A stretch of DNA of 63,182 nucleotides, filler included, from Choristocarpus tenellus KU-1152 (lineage: Eukaryota; Protista; Phaeophyceae): NCBI GenBank assembly GCA_964200185.2. It is 9 parts of 9 records of this genome, joined end to end, with 100 filler letters (N's around TTAATTAATTAA, not from the genome) between each part and the next. Parts side by side here need not be neighbours in the genome. Positions count along the whole stretch, not along the records: positions 1 to 7,734 come from CAXNAD020005664.1; positions 7,835 to 17,754 come from CAXNAD020003282.1; 7 more parts are not named here. One strand, written 5' to 3'. Below, piece by piece: positions 1 through 16,980 of the stretch (positions within the stretch are counted from its first letter, which is position 1; every line of letters begins with the position of its first letter). The translations under genes and the position numbers were made by a program. A model generated the notes under the pieces. That model saw only the letters and a list, made by a program, of their open reading frames with translations. It had not been told where the DNA came from and did not search any database.

Positions 1-59
1 CATACTAAACTTTAAACTCTGATGTGTCCAATGCTGGATCTGGCTACGTTCTTTCTTTA

Positions 60-237
60 GGCTCAAAGTATTTGGGGGGGGGGGTGGCGGCTGTCCATTC
101 GGGGACAATTTTTTCGTATCACGATTTTGTGTGATTTGGTTGCATACGTCGGATGGATAATGAAAGTGCATTTTTCTTGGTTATGGTCCAAATCGACACC
201 TTGGTGCAGACCCCCCCCCCCCCAGATACTTTGGGTC
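60..237 (+). mobile_element. MITE family B (Tourist/PIF-Harbinger-like), full copy
   Basis: TIRs GGCTCAAAGTATTTGGGGGG / CCCCCCAGATACTTTGGGTC; perfect TTA duplication at 57-59 and 238-240; homologous copies at 33699, 33803, 51790, 57244, 63161 and 29679. Confidence 0.85.
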
Positions 238-681
238 TTATGCATACCTTTGCCACATGAAAATTGTTCAGGCTTGAAAAAACACTGTGCTTCCTCCATG
301 GTTGAGAAATACCAATTTTGTAGATTTCTTACTTGCCAAAGAGATGGTAGAAAAGTGAACAGATTAATCATATCCCTTACCATTGCCTCAATCCAATCCC
401 GATCCAAGTATCTCACACATCAGCGGTATTGAATGTTAAGTATTCCGTTTTCTCTTCAAATGGTTGACAGACAACTCCTTTGGTGTTTCTGTGCACACAA
501 CATGACAAGCAAACATTTTTTCACGCCTCTATGGACCTGCAAGACACTCCTGTTTCATCACAACAGCGACTAAGCAGAGGATGGTTCTATCCTGCAACAT
601 TCAGACACCATCCATCTCCTTCCATCCCATGTGCTCCCCGGGAACATAACATAACGACTGCCAATATTTTTGGATTATTAG

Positions 682-1638
682 GAACAATTGTTCTCCACGA
701 CTGCAACCCACGGCATGAGATATCACAGCTATACCCCTTTCCTCCGGATGGAAACAAGAATGCAGTTGCTTGGAACGGGGATGTGTGGAAAGCAATAGTC
801 AATCTACGCACTAGGCCTGGAATTGAAGTTGTGGTGAGGGCTGGTGCGGAATAGTGAATTAAATCTATTGGTTTGTGGTATAACATTATGCTATGTTGGA
901 GGGTGGTAGAGCTGTTAAATAATCCATCAAGACTCAGGAGGGTGGTTGTGCTTTGTCTTACCTGGCACAAAGATGATGTCACTTTCAGACAATATCTTAC
1001 TGACATGTGTGGGATAGATAGAGGTTTATTTGAATAGTAAACTTTTCAACTTGTAGAAACTATCAAGTAGCATTGCAAACTTCAAATCTCTTCCAGCTTC
1101 CATGAATTGATCCTCCAGCGCAAGTAGAATGCAGCCTTGTGTGGATGGACCCTGATACATCATTTGTACAAAGTTTCAGTCTTAGCATAATCCCCACTAA
1201 TAAATGGCTACACATTCTCAAGGGCACATTGAATCATGTCAGTGATGTATTCCAGAACTTTCATTTCCTACTGACAAGTCGATGCATTGGCACCACTACT
1301 GTGTGTACCGTCCTGAACGAGTCCATTGCCTCTTATCATGAAACCTGCTCTCCTAATCAACCTACTGCCTTCTCTAACAGGTTGGAGATTTCGATTTTGG
1401 GGTGGGAGTCTTGCGGCGACGCCCAAACTTGAACCCTTTGCCGTTGCACCTTGTGGTAAACTTGAGCTTGCCGGGTAGAAAACTTGCCTGGAGTGACCTT
1501 CTAGAGCATCGAGAGGATCTTCTGCGGCTGATGACTTTGCAAGATCTCAGGTGTTGGCTGGAAGATGAAGGAGAAACACAATCAATAGGATATGATGTGG
1601 GAGCGGGGTGTCGAGATGGAGCAGATCGCTATGTATAA
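682..1638 (+). CDS. Class I SAM-dependent methyltransferase (Methyltransf_24-like), last two exons, 5'-partial
   Basis: Exons 682-833 (ttag acceptor, gtgagg donor) and 1381-1638 (aacag acceptor, TAA) splice in frame: GTIVLHDCNP...WNGDVWKAIVNLR...VVGDFDFGVGVL...; HDCNP/WNGDVWK/DxDxGxG pattern recognised from this family. Confidence 0.75.
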
Positions 1639-1937
1639 TTATTGAGAAAAGGGGTATTATTTGGATATCAGATGGTGTCACATTATGTAAGCCTATTCTG
1701 ATTTTTAAAACATACCAATTCTGCCAATGGGTGAAGCAACTTTGTGTTTAAATTATAGCTATTTGAAGGATGATGTGCTCCGTATTGTTATGACCACATC
1801 GAGTTTGCAATGGAGTGGAATATATGTTTGGTTTGAGCTTTTACCTGGGCAATCCATGTGTCATTCTTCTACTCACCAAAAGATCAGTTAGGTTGGTTAT
1901 GGAACAACTATCTGTTATCTTTCGGGCCAAGAAATGA

Positions 1938-2196
1938 GAGCCAAATTATCTTAGAGGGTAGAGCCGTATCCATCTGGGGGTCAAAGTCCAATGGTGCGAT
2001 TTTGATGTAATTTTCGCCATCGTCTTTGTTAGGAAGTGTCAATATCCATATTCCGGACACACCTTTTCATAATGTATACATTTTACCTACTCGGAAACAT
2101 TTTGGAGTAGGAAAATGTCATAAAAAAATGCATGGGAAGCCAATCCCCAAATGGACAAACAGGGCAAAACTCGTATCCTCTAAGATACATTCACTC
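1938..2196 (+). mobile_element. MITE family A (Tourist/PIF-Harbinger-like), full copy
   Basis: TIRs GAGCCAAATTATCTTAGAGGGTA / TATCCTCTAAGATACATTCACTC; TGA duplicated on both sides; homologous to other family A copies in the window. Confidence 0.85.
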
Positions 2197-5100
2197 TGAA
2201 ATAGAAGAAAAACATCGCCAATGGTGTGGAAAACCAGGCAAGTGATACATCTCCATCAGCCTTATGGTTGTTCACAGTAAATCTGTCTATTAGAGGAGCT
2301 CAAAAATTCGGACAACTCCTCACCCCCCTGTCTGCTAATGGACTACAACAGGATAAAACACATGACAGGTGTTTGCCTGTCCTTAATACAATCATGCCAT
2401 TACTCCACAAACATGGCTGGGGTTCACACCAGCAATTAATACTATGTGGTCTTGTGTTAAAAGTGTAATCCCATCTGTAGTACCAAGTTTTTTACAACCT
2501 GCTCTCTTGTAAACCAATCAAACACAATGTGTGGGAAGGAGAAAGTTGTCTGAAAATGGGTTTACTCAACGGGTGGTCACAAACAGGAACCAGCTACGGT
2601 TCCCCTTTTGACACGGCGACCAGTTGTAAAATCTCTAGGACTATATTAGGCCGCTGATGTCTGTAGGACACCTTACAGCGCTGTGGTTTGGTCTCCGAAG
2701 GATGGCAATGGGGCGGGTAGAGGATTAAATAAGTGGGAAGGGGATAAGTACTGAATGTAGCAACTCCAGATCGAAAAGGTTACCACCTGCTGGGTTATGC
2801 ACAAGCTATCTCATATTTATCCTCAACTCTGTGGCATAGGAACATGTGCCACACATACAAATCCAAGAATCACAACATATACAGGAGTTGAGAAAGTGTA
2901 CAATGTACCCTATGATCACTTGGCTTTACCACCAAACACATTAAACTCACATATTATGAAGGTTGGCGATTGCTATACATTTTTTTTTTCTTCTACAAAA
3001 TTGCATTTAGACCACACTCATTTTAATCATCATAGCACCAGAAGCACACAATCCTCTGTCATCCAAATGCACAGATTACTTGTGTACTGGTACTACAAGC
3101 AACTCATTTGTTGGGTCATGTGAATGAGTCATAGATGGGAGTGATACCATCAAAATCGAGAGTGTCGTAGTATTTTTAGAGCTCCTATTGCTGCCTTGTG
3201 GTGCATGTTTTTTAACCGCTGTGGAGTGCTTCAACTACAATGTATTCTAAGCTATTTTGTCATTCTAATTGAGAGGAATACAAGTTTCGACCATTTTTTT
3301 CATCTTGTATGCTTTCTTTTTATTACCCCTGTGAGGTACACCTTATTTTTTCATTTTTTATGCACAACAGAAGCCCCCCAAAATGAAGGTGTCTCTGCAG
3401 AAAAGAGGCCGACCAAAAAATTCACCACAACTGAGTCAACGACCTCTTTGTAGCGTACAAAAAGGCGTGTTTCAGTCATTTCTGGGGATCCTTACATTGC
3501 AATCACGTATATCACTCTCATAGTATGATTCAATCAGGATTTTCTACCGTCACACCCTACTAAGAGAGGTTAACTGCATTTCAGGCATGGGTGTGGTGTA
3601 TATTGCAAAAGCGTCAAAAATGCCCCCCAAAAGGAACAAAATCAACCCCACCTCTTCAGTGGTTTCACCCTGCGTCTCCTCCAAAAACGTACACAATACA
3701 CAACAAATCAAACGCTCCTGGAGCATTATCCCCTTCCCCAAATGGATATTTTGTGGTAGTCAATTAGTCTAGCTACCTGGTTGGCAACGAATGTTTCTTC
3801 TCTTCATCGCTTCTGGGGATAAACCTCTATGCCTCTACACAAAATATCACTTGTAACTTATACTATGAAGTACTATTTTATCATGTGTGTTTACACACGT
3901 ATTTCTGTAAGGAGTACCTACTTATTTAGACCCACAATGTCCACAACAGCTCATATCAACCCTTTCAGTATCCCTATGGTTCATGGAGGCCCTGAAAAAA
4001 TGCACGTGGTCAACACTCTATATCTTCTGGCAATTGTTTATTTACTGTGCACAACCAACGTTTTCCCACCCAAATCTCGCCACTTTGGCTGTCCCTCTGA
4101 TGTGTAAATTTTCTTCCAGCAGCTCATTGAGTTTTATCTCGTGCTGAAATGATTGATTTGCGTAGGGAAAATGTGTATGATTCGGATCTATCACCACACT
4201 GCATATTGATAGTTAACTTGATGAGGAGAAGTCAAATTTCAGTCTTAAGTGTACAGATTAGAGGAAAATTCCGACAAGAAAGACAACAAAAATAGCAGGG
4301 TAAGTCTTGACAGAGTGTGTCTGGACAGCAATGGGAGACATTACTTGTACTCAATCTATGTTCTAATCTATTTTCTTGCTCCCCTTTGCTGGTTGTGCTC
4401 GCTTACATCTACACCACCCCTTGTGGCGGTAATGTGGAGCGTATCAACCCAATTGCTCCTTTCTACCGTAGCATTACATCCCTCATGGATCAGTTACATA
4501 TAGTGTGTTGCACCATATACCCTTCACTTGTACAGTAAGTAAGGACAGTACGGTAGTCCCTAAAAACCTAGGATAACTATTGTTAAACCATAGGCTACTC
4601 ATGTTTTATGTTCTTGATACGATACGGTATTGCCAGTTCATATTGACTGTTGATTCGCACATCGGTACTGGTCGTATCTCACATTTACATCATTGGCACG
4701 CCATCATAGCATCATCAATTTCTGATTAGAACGTCATGATGCATAGGAAGCATTGGACAGTTGTCACCGCTATTGAACATACAATCACAGTATGTGCCAT
4801 ATTAGTTATCACAGATATTGATTCAAGCTAATTTCTTTGTTTCCTTTTACCTTCACGTCAGAATCACCAGTTGAGTATCATATGTTGATTATTTAAGACA
4901 TCGAGCTCACTCTGCATTAAGTGTACCTAATACAAAACTGGATGCCATATATACAGAGTTAAAACATCCTCAAAACCTTTTTCTCGAGGTTACATACAAG
5001 CCTCTACTCAGAGCATGCACATTTTCCTTTGAGCGTGTCAAGGAATACCCACAACTTTGTACCAAATAACCTCTGGCTGTGCACAACATATCGCTAGATT

Positions 5101-5514
5101 CATTAAAACGAATTCACCAGTGCATCTCTGCACTATGACACCCCTTCTCTCTACAAACCTGTCACTCCACAAGAAAGCACGATTCATTCAATGTCAGGTT
5201 TCAACAACTATCAGTACAATAGATCTTCCCCCTATAACATAATGTACGTATACTTTAAAGTATACATTTGTACCAATACAGGTGCTTATCAATATAAAAT
5301 ATTGCGTCATAAATTTCGCTGGGATATTTCGTGAGAAAGTTCATGATTATGGAGAGACGAGTATGATAGGAACCTGTGTTTTGTGTTGCATATGAGTATT
5401 CAGAACTGTAGCACACAGGTGGGGGGTTCAAGGAGAACAACATTCCATTGTACAGTCTCACCTAGGGTTGTCAAGCAGTAGAGCCACGAGGTGGAAGACA
5501 ATTGCGGAAAATGT

Positions 5515-5770
5515 GAGTGAAAGTATCTTAGAGGGTACGAGTTTTGCCCTGTTTGCCATTTGGGACTTGGCTTCCCATGGGTATTTTTATGACATTTTCC
5601 TACTCCAAAGTTTCGGAGTAAGTAAAACGTAAACGTTATGAAAAGGTGTGTCCGAAAGATAGATATTGACACTTCCTAGCAAACACAATCGCCAAAATTA
5701 CATCAAAATCGCAACATTGGATTTTGACCCCCAAATGGACGCGGCTCTTCCCTCAAAGATACTTTAGCTC
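5515..5770 (-). mobile_element. MITE family A, full copy, inverted
   Basis: Reverse-complement homology to 1938-2196 over its full length; both TIRs present; TSD not evident. Confidence 0.85.
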
Positions 5771-7018
5771 ACTTGCCTCGAAACTTCTTCAACATGCCCT
5801 CATTCTGTGGAATCCCCTTACAGATTTTGGTTGTGGGGTCCAGACAAGTGTCCAGGACCTCCTTCCACTTAAACCCTATGGGCTGCCTGTGTTCTCTGTT
5901 TGCATCCCTGCTCCTCTACAGCAGTTGAAATTGCACCTGCTACTCTTGTTATTCCAGCTGCCCTATCTCACCCTGCCTCCTTGCTGGGCAAACGCAGGTT
6001 CCACAGCCTCAGCTACAGCCAAGACCACACACTCCCCTAGCTGTGCCTCAACCCTCGATTTCTGACACCATGTCTTGGTCAGCCATCGCGTTCCTGACTC
6101 TTCCTTCTGCTGTCTCCTTAAATCAAGCTGTTCATCTAGAGCCTTTGTCCGTAGTGCACTATATGGAAGATAGCTCGTTTCAAAACGAGCTTTGGTGAAG
6201 CAGCATAGTTTTCGGTAGTGTGCGAACATTCTCACCCATAAAATATTGAGCAACATTTCTCCCTGCAACAAAAGTGGTTGACAAATCATATTGCGTTGTG
6301 CTTGTGCACTGGATACAACATTTTTCGCTTCCTCCTTTTCTGTTACAGGCGAATATAGTGCGAGCATTTCTTCTTGTGTTCTAACAAAGTGCGAGCATTT
6401 GTTACACGCGAATAGCGCGGGCATTTCTTCCCATGTCTTAGCAAACATGAACATTTGTGACAGACGTATAGTGTGAGCATTGTTTCTCGCGTTCTAACAA
6501 GTTCTAACAATATTAGTAACACATCGGTAGCCTTACAGAATAAATGATGATTTCATAAAAGATACATAGTAAGATAACAACGACATATATATAGTTTTCA
6601 TTGGTTTCCCCCTGACACATCTGCAAAATGTCAGAGGGCATAATAATAAGAATACAGAGTAAGATTCGGAATGCATACGTAACATTTGTCAAAGTACCTA
6701 AGAAGTTGCAGAATAAGGTTTATGATTGGAGTACGTGTAGAGCAGTTGCATAGAAGACCAAAGAAATTGGGTGGGTGATGAAAATAATAAGAGGGCTTTT
6801 GGTCAAACGATCAACCCTTTTTACCTTCAGTCATTATCTTTTTATCTTGAAACGAAACTTTGAGTCGAGCTTTGAGCTAAGCACTGAGTGGAATATCAAG
6901 AAGAGAAGGACACCTGACACCCTACAAACTGTTATCAAGGGCAACACCCCCATAGCGTCATTTTAAGGTCGTTGGATTTGAGTTATACATCCTGTGGAAG
7001 TGAGTTCTGAGGGGCACG

Positions 7019-7106
7019 CTGTAACATGGAGGTCTTACCGAGACTTCCACCCTGTAGCATGGAGGTCCTACTGAGACTTCCACCCTGTAACATGGAGGTC
7101 CTACCG
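7019..7106. repeat. 33-bp tandem repeat, about 2.7 copies
   Basis: CTGTAACATGGAGGTCYTACYGAGACTTCCACC units head to tail; the minus strand reads GGSL(G/S)(K/R)TSMLQ. Confidence 0.85.
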
Positions 7107-7734
7107 CCTCTCTTCAAACTGGAGAGAATACTCCGTATTCACCTCAACACTTGGGATTCTTTGTAGCTTCCTACGCCCGCCTGGATTATTTTCTTTTCCC
7201 ACTTGGGTTTGTGATCTTCATTCGGCGTCTGCGGGGTTTTCGTCTTAGCCTCGTCGTCTCCGTGGGTATGATGGCATCTGTGGCTCCGAGGGAACCATCA
7301 TCCTTCATTGTTGTACAACGAGTTGTCTCTGACCGCCACATCATCCACCTATAGTCGTAGACGAGTGGTTTTTGACCGCCATGGTACAGACGTTGCCTAG
7401 GTAGCTCTTCCTCACCATTCGTACACTCACATTCCTGATCTGTTTTTCGTGTATCACACTGTTGTTTTATTTCACAGGTTCCGCTGGGAATCAGTGATTC
7501 GGAGATGTTCCTGCCCGAGGCCAGGCTTTGCGAGAACTCTTGCAGCAGCAGTCGTGATGGCTCAAACGTGTTTATGCATCGCGTCCATGCATCAATAACT
7601 TCACCCCTTTCAACATTGAGCTCCTTGAAAACTCTTGTCTGACTTTCTTAGGACACACATGTTAAAGTATCCCCAAAATCATCAAAGAGGATAAAGGTGA
7701 TAAACCTGGCGAGATTGCTTGGTGTCTGTAGAGT

Positions 7735-7834
7735 NNNNNNNNNNNNNNNNNNNNNNNNNNNNNNNNNNNNNNNNNNNNTTAATTAATTAANNNNNNNNNN
7801 NNNNNNNNNNNNNNNNNNNNNNNNNNNNNNNNNN
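7735..7834. other. Artificial contig linker N44-TTAATTAATTAA-N44 (also 17755-17854, 26075-26174, 29579-29678, 34046-34145, 37446-37545, 43487-43586, 57285-57384)
   Basis: Eight identical 100-nt spacers carrying stops in all six frames; genes are cut off at them. Confidence 0.97.
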
Positions 7835-9010
7835 ATCGTCAACCGTCAACATGCTGGTTTGGTAACGTCATTAGCATCACCCTCCCCCGCCTTCCTTGCA
7901 CGACAACTAGGAGTCCCCCAACGAGTAAATTGCTGCCACAATCTGCTCCAGCCCTACTATATTGAACATTGGAGTTTTCGCCTCCTCAATTCAATTTACA
8001 CAGTTCTGCAAAGAGGACCTGGCCTCGACCATTGGTCAGGGTTGGGTAGTCTGGGGGGGTACAGCCCCTCCAGGCAACCCCCACAGATACACATCCTGGC
8101 AGCACACAAAACAAGAGGGTTAACAAGACTGGCTCAGGATGAGATCTCTTGCCTCTTTAACCGAGTTCACTTCAATTCCTTCCCCTCCCTGTTGGGGAAT
8201 CTTCCTATAGACTCCAGACCTGGACGGGAGTCTGAGCCAAAGTACCTTAGAGGGTAGAGCCGCGCCCATTTAGGGGCTGAAGTCCAATGTTGCAATTTTG
8301 ATGTAATCTTGGCAATCATTTTTGATAAGAGATATCAATATCCTTGTTCCGGACACTCCTTTTCATAACGTATACATTTGACCTATTCCGAAATATTTTG
8401 GAGTAGGAAAAATGTCATTAAAAACATGTGGGCAGTTAAGCCCCAAATGGACAAACAGGAAAAACCTCTTACCCTCTAAGGTACTTTCACTCTCTTCTAC
8501 AATGGCTTTAGCTTGGCATGAGATCCAGTATGGGCAAGGATCAATGCTTGGCCAACCACCCAACCCCTTGAGCCAGTTAAGGCGGATACCTTCCTCAGAA
8601 TTTCGCCTCACAGTCAACAGGTTTTAAGGGATAATTGAGGCACTATCCATTGGCTGCTCGGTATCTGAACGCAAGAAACACAGGGTAGAGACCGGTCAAG
8701 CACACACATACCCCAAGGATGGAGGACAACTACAACAGCACTTGCATATGGTTAGCCAACTGGGCAACGGCTGCAGACAGATGGACTCCCTGAACCCTGG
8801 AGAATGGAAATTCCTCCATCATTAACTGCAACTACCCTCACGAGGGAAAGCTTTGGGCACCTGGGCGCACAGGCAGAGCAATTAATGGATGAGCTCGCAA
8901 GGGCTGTTGTGGTGGTAGGGGGCTGGAAGTTTTGCCTTGAGGAAGCACTGATGGCACTCCTGCGAGACACTGTGCCAGTAGCCGCTCAAATAGCAATCTC
9001 TAGGTGTGTT
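7835..9010 (+). mobile_element. Decayed 3' part of an RLE-type (CRE/NeSL-like) non-LTR retrotransposon, interrupted by a MITE
   Basis: Degenerate translation AGLVTSLASPSPAFLA...RRIPSSEFRLTVNRF*G...C...QAHTYPKDGG..QH...ESFGHLGAQAEQLMDELAR...VPVAAQIAISR follows the order post-RT region, Zn knuckle, restriction-like endonuclease C-terminus; stops and frameshifts present. Confidence 0.55.
8234..8492 (+). mobile_element. MITE family A, full copy
   Basis: Both TIRs; perfect TCT duplication at 8231-8233 and 8493-8495. Confidence 0.88.
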
Positions 9011-11104
9011 ACGGTTTTCTTCTTTTACGGACTATTACTTTTGTGTGTGTTGTTTTTTTTACTTCACGTTTCTTCTTTTTCCTACATGATAACCGCTGCA
9101 AACTTTCAGTGAGCGCAACAAGACAATTTGGATCATAAAATAGTTATACTACGTATTGCTTGTTCATCTTCGAATACCAACAGCGCAAGATTTATTTATC
9201 TACTGTTATTATCTAAACATTTTGTAGAAGATGCTGTCGTGGAGGGAATAAGAAGAAATATGGGTACAGAATACAGCGAACACGACAACAATGCTAGTAG
9301 AGTCTATATTTCTGACAGGAACGTTATTCAGATACACAAACAAGGGTTGTAGTGTATTTAGAAACCAGGAACCTAGCTGAGACAACTAACAGCTGAAGCT
9401 GTTCCTAAATTGACCCTAGGAAGGTCTAGAAACAGAGTCCCACAAGTCAGTCCAGCTCCACCTAGCCCATCGACCCAGTGTCTCTTGGTTAAACTGTATG
9501 ACGCACCTGGAGATGGCTATATGTGCAGTAACCGACACAATCTGTAACTGGTGCGTCTTCACTGTAAAATACACGTATACTGAGTATTGTGGTGTCCATA
9601 GACCATTGCAGCTCCTGTATTACTGTAGTTGTCTGGGTAGTATTTACATAAATGGTGGACTTCCATGGGATAATGATGGGACTATAACAGATGCGAACAA
9701 GATCCTGAGGAGCTGTTAAGCCAGCACCTGGAAGTGCGGCCAGCTTAAAAAGTTTATTTTTGTGGGAAGACTTGCTGAGAAAATAAGCGTGAGCTTGGAC
9801 GGCATCAGAAAGGCGATTGTTGTCAGTGAGCTATCAGACACCTGACTCCACAGTGCAAAACGTAAGACACACATGAAAGTGCAAGGATAGTGAGGAAGAA
9901 GACAGGATTAAACCTCTAGAAGCAGAAGGAAGTGCCCATACCCCGTGTAATCCTGGAGCGCAGCATGAGGAATGTGTGGCTGACCACATGGATGATAGGC
10001 ACCTGGAACATACACATAATGGCAGTGAACGGAAGAAACGGAGTGGGTTGTGCAGGCACACTGCTAAAACGGGCTTGTTCTATTGCATGCATCGTTGGGC
10101 TCCAGAGACAAGGTAAGATGGACCATCTTCTATCCTGGTCCAGTGTGTGTGGCTAGATCTCAAGATCAAGAGATCTCTAGTACTCCTGCCTTGCGAGCCT
10201 GGACAAAGGCATCTGTGGCTATGGGAGCACCTAACAAAAACACCAGGGTCTGAGACAAATTTGATGCCTGCTGTGGCGAAAAGGTCTAACTCGGACTGGA
10301 GGGGCTGGTGTATCTAGCGGGGAGATGTAAATGTCTTATCCATATTGAGGGGGATCCCCATCCTCTGTAGGTTTGTGTTGAGGTGTGAAGAAAAGTCCCC
10401 ATGCCCGTAGAATCAATTGTACGGGAGGAAATGAGTTGTGGTACTAGGCAGCCTTTCCCCCAGGTAGCTGAGAGTCTAGAAGCTGTATGAAGCTTCCAAA
10501 ATTTAGGGGAGAAGGAGTGTGGGGATTTGTACATTACTGCTGATAGCTTGGCGAAAACTTTGGGTACTCCTTCATGGGCTATTCATTGTGATGGCGGAGG
10601 GGACGTGGCTGTGCGAAGGCTACCCTATCAGGGTCTGAGGCTGAGTTGGTATTGAAGGCCATGCCTAGGAAGGCAGGAAGCAGTACTGTCGTTCCCTTTA
10701 CCCCCCCTCTGTTCCCACCTTCTCCTTGCCTCTTGTGGTCGATTGTCAGATCACATACTAATACCTACCCCCAAATTGTTTGAACTGATACTCAAAAGTG
10801 TAAATATATAGTACAATATTACTATTATTATAGTATGTAAGGAATAGTAATAGAATACAAATATAGATAGTACAATACGTATTTCCACTAATTCAAAATT
10901 GTATTCTATTTATAGCGTATCTATTTTACAACACCATACGGGATAATCACCAGTTGTTGACTTCATTATCAAAAGTGTGTTCATAGAAAATGGCGTTGCC
11001 GGCTCTATACTCCACTTACTCAAGGACAGCCACATTTGCAATACCCACCTCGATCCACATACTTCTACCAGGTGCATCCAAGTCCAATAGTGGACTAATA
11101 TACC

Positions 11105-15195
<4,091 letters not shown>

Positions 15196-16591
15196 GTGTG
15201 GCGGGTTTTGTTGTGCTGGATGTGAATTAGTCTTGTTGCTATGTTAGTTTATTTTTTTTATTTTTTTTAGTAGTGATGTATGTGGTACTGAGGTCTGTGC
15301 TTGTGTGTCCTTCTTGCCCCTACTCTAAATTTCATGTATATGGACTATGGTATAACCACATAAAGCTGTATGTATTATTTATATGTGTATGTTTTGGATG
15401 GACATATTGTTTAATTTATCCCACGGGGAGCAGTGCTCTGCATAGAAGGTGTTTTCACTATCTGTCTGCCGACTAAACCACTACTTTTTTCCGTTATATT
15501 GGAAGGCGGAGGGGCATGGTGCTATGCACTTACCCTTTACATTAAATCTAGTTCCGTGTATACTGTTGACATATTTTCTTTATTATAATCACTTTTGCAA
15601 CGCCAACTAAACCGAAACCCTATTTGAAGCACTTCAGAGGTAGATACACTCTGTCACCTATGCTGGGCCATAGGAACATTTGGTTAGTTATGTTGCTGCA
15701 GTGCTTACAGTGATGTAGTGATTTTGAGTAAGAATGGGTAGGTGTAGTTTTTGAGTTAATTTTGTTGGGTAGTTTTGGCTGTAGTCTTCTGATGTTTTGG
15801 TAACTCAGGGCAATGGTAGCTTGGTTCATGTAACTGTGGTGTATTGTCTTTTGTTTCTCTTGTGTTGTTACGTCAGAAATTTCTTGACCTCAAGATACAT
15901 TTGTAGGGGGCTTCAACAGGTTTCAAGATGTATGTTGCGAAGATCGTGTTGGTTTATGGAAAGGAAAGTTGTTCCGATGGTTTCAAAGTGTGGACGTAGC
16001 AAATAATGCAGTTCTTTTTCATGAGTCAGAGGATACAACAATGGTGCCATCTTTTCGGAGGAGATATTGCCTGTGGCGTAGCCTACCCTGAGGTCCTTGT
16101 GGTAATTCGGGTGGCGCTTAATTAACTAAGAATTAACTAAGAATGACCTTGGTATGGTGAAGGGTGTGTGTAGTCCAAGATGGGTTCGTACTTGAATGTA
16201 TCTTGAGAATGTTTGTGCTTAGTTACAGCGATCTTCTTTATGTTTTTTTATTTGTTTTAAAATTTTATTTTATTTTTCTCTTTCCCCAAGTGCTCACTGC
16301 ACATGTTTATTTACTCGATTGCTCTGATAAGTTCCCCCCTCAATACTTTTGTTATGGATACCTATGTTTTAGTGATATTATTATCATATTGTTAATATTA
16401 ATGTGCCATTTTTTCCGTACTTTTTAGTAGGGGCTTAATATTAGAGTTTGGAAGGTGTCTTTTCCCCTTTCAAAGTCTATTCTCAATTTCCCAGTAAAAA
16501 AATAGGGTAATTTTTTTCATTGATAATGTTAATGCGTAACCATTGTGATTAAAATGAGGAGGGGGCCTTTGTAGCATAGTTGAGGCCTTTT

Positions 16592-16689
16592 AAGTATGAA
16601 GTATAAAGTATGAAGTGTGAAGTGTGGAATATGAAGTATGAAGTATGAAGTATGAAGTGTGAAGTGTGAAGTATGAAGTGTGAAGTATA
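16592..16689. repeat. Heptamer microsatellite (AAGTRTG)n
   Basis: About 14 imperfect AAGTATG/AAGTGTG units, intronic. Confidence 0.9.
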
Positions 16690-16911
16690 CATGGCGATGT
16701 GAGCACTTGGGAGAAGAGAACAAAAGTTAATATAAAAAAATTAATAAAAGAAATCATGTAGTGATACCTTATCATTGTATTGTTTTGACCCTAATTTTTA
16801 CTAGAAATATATTAGAAGAGCCTCGGGAAGGCGTGTTAGTCCCGGTCAACATTGTCAAGTATTGAGATACGCCACTGTTACACCAGAGCTGGTAGCCTGC
16901 TCGATTGTATA

Positions 16912-16980
16912 CCCCAGTGGAACAGTGGTATGTTGATGCTTGATAAGCTCAGAGGTTGTGAGATCAAATCCCAACTGGAC
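16912..16980 (+). pseudogene. Degenerate tRNA-like sequence (possible SINE head)
   Basis: CCAGT/ACTGG acceptor-like stem, AACA/TGTT D-stem, TTGATAA loop, box A TGGAACAGTGG, box B-like GAGATCAAATCC; T-stem mismatched. Confidence 0.45.

Noticed and set aside
7019-7106. 33-bp repeats resembling a CRISPR array
   Set aside because: Units are contiguous with no spacers, there are no cas genes, and the context is eukaryotic.
7735-7834. Recurring palindrome TTAATTAATTAA inside N runs
   Set aside because: Identical in all eight gaps; a synthetic six-frame stop linker, not biology.
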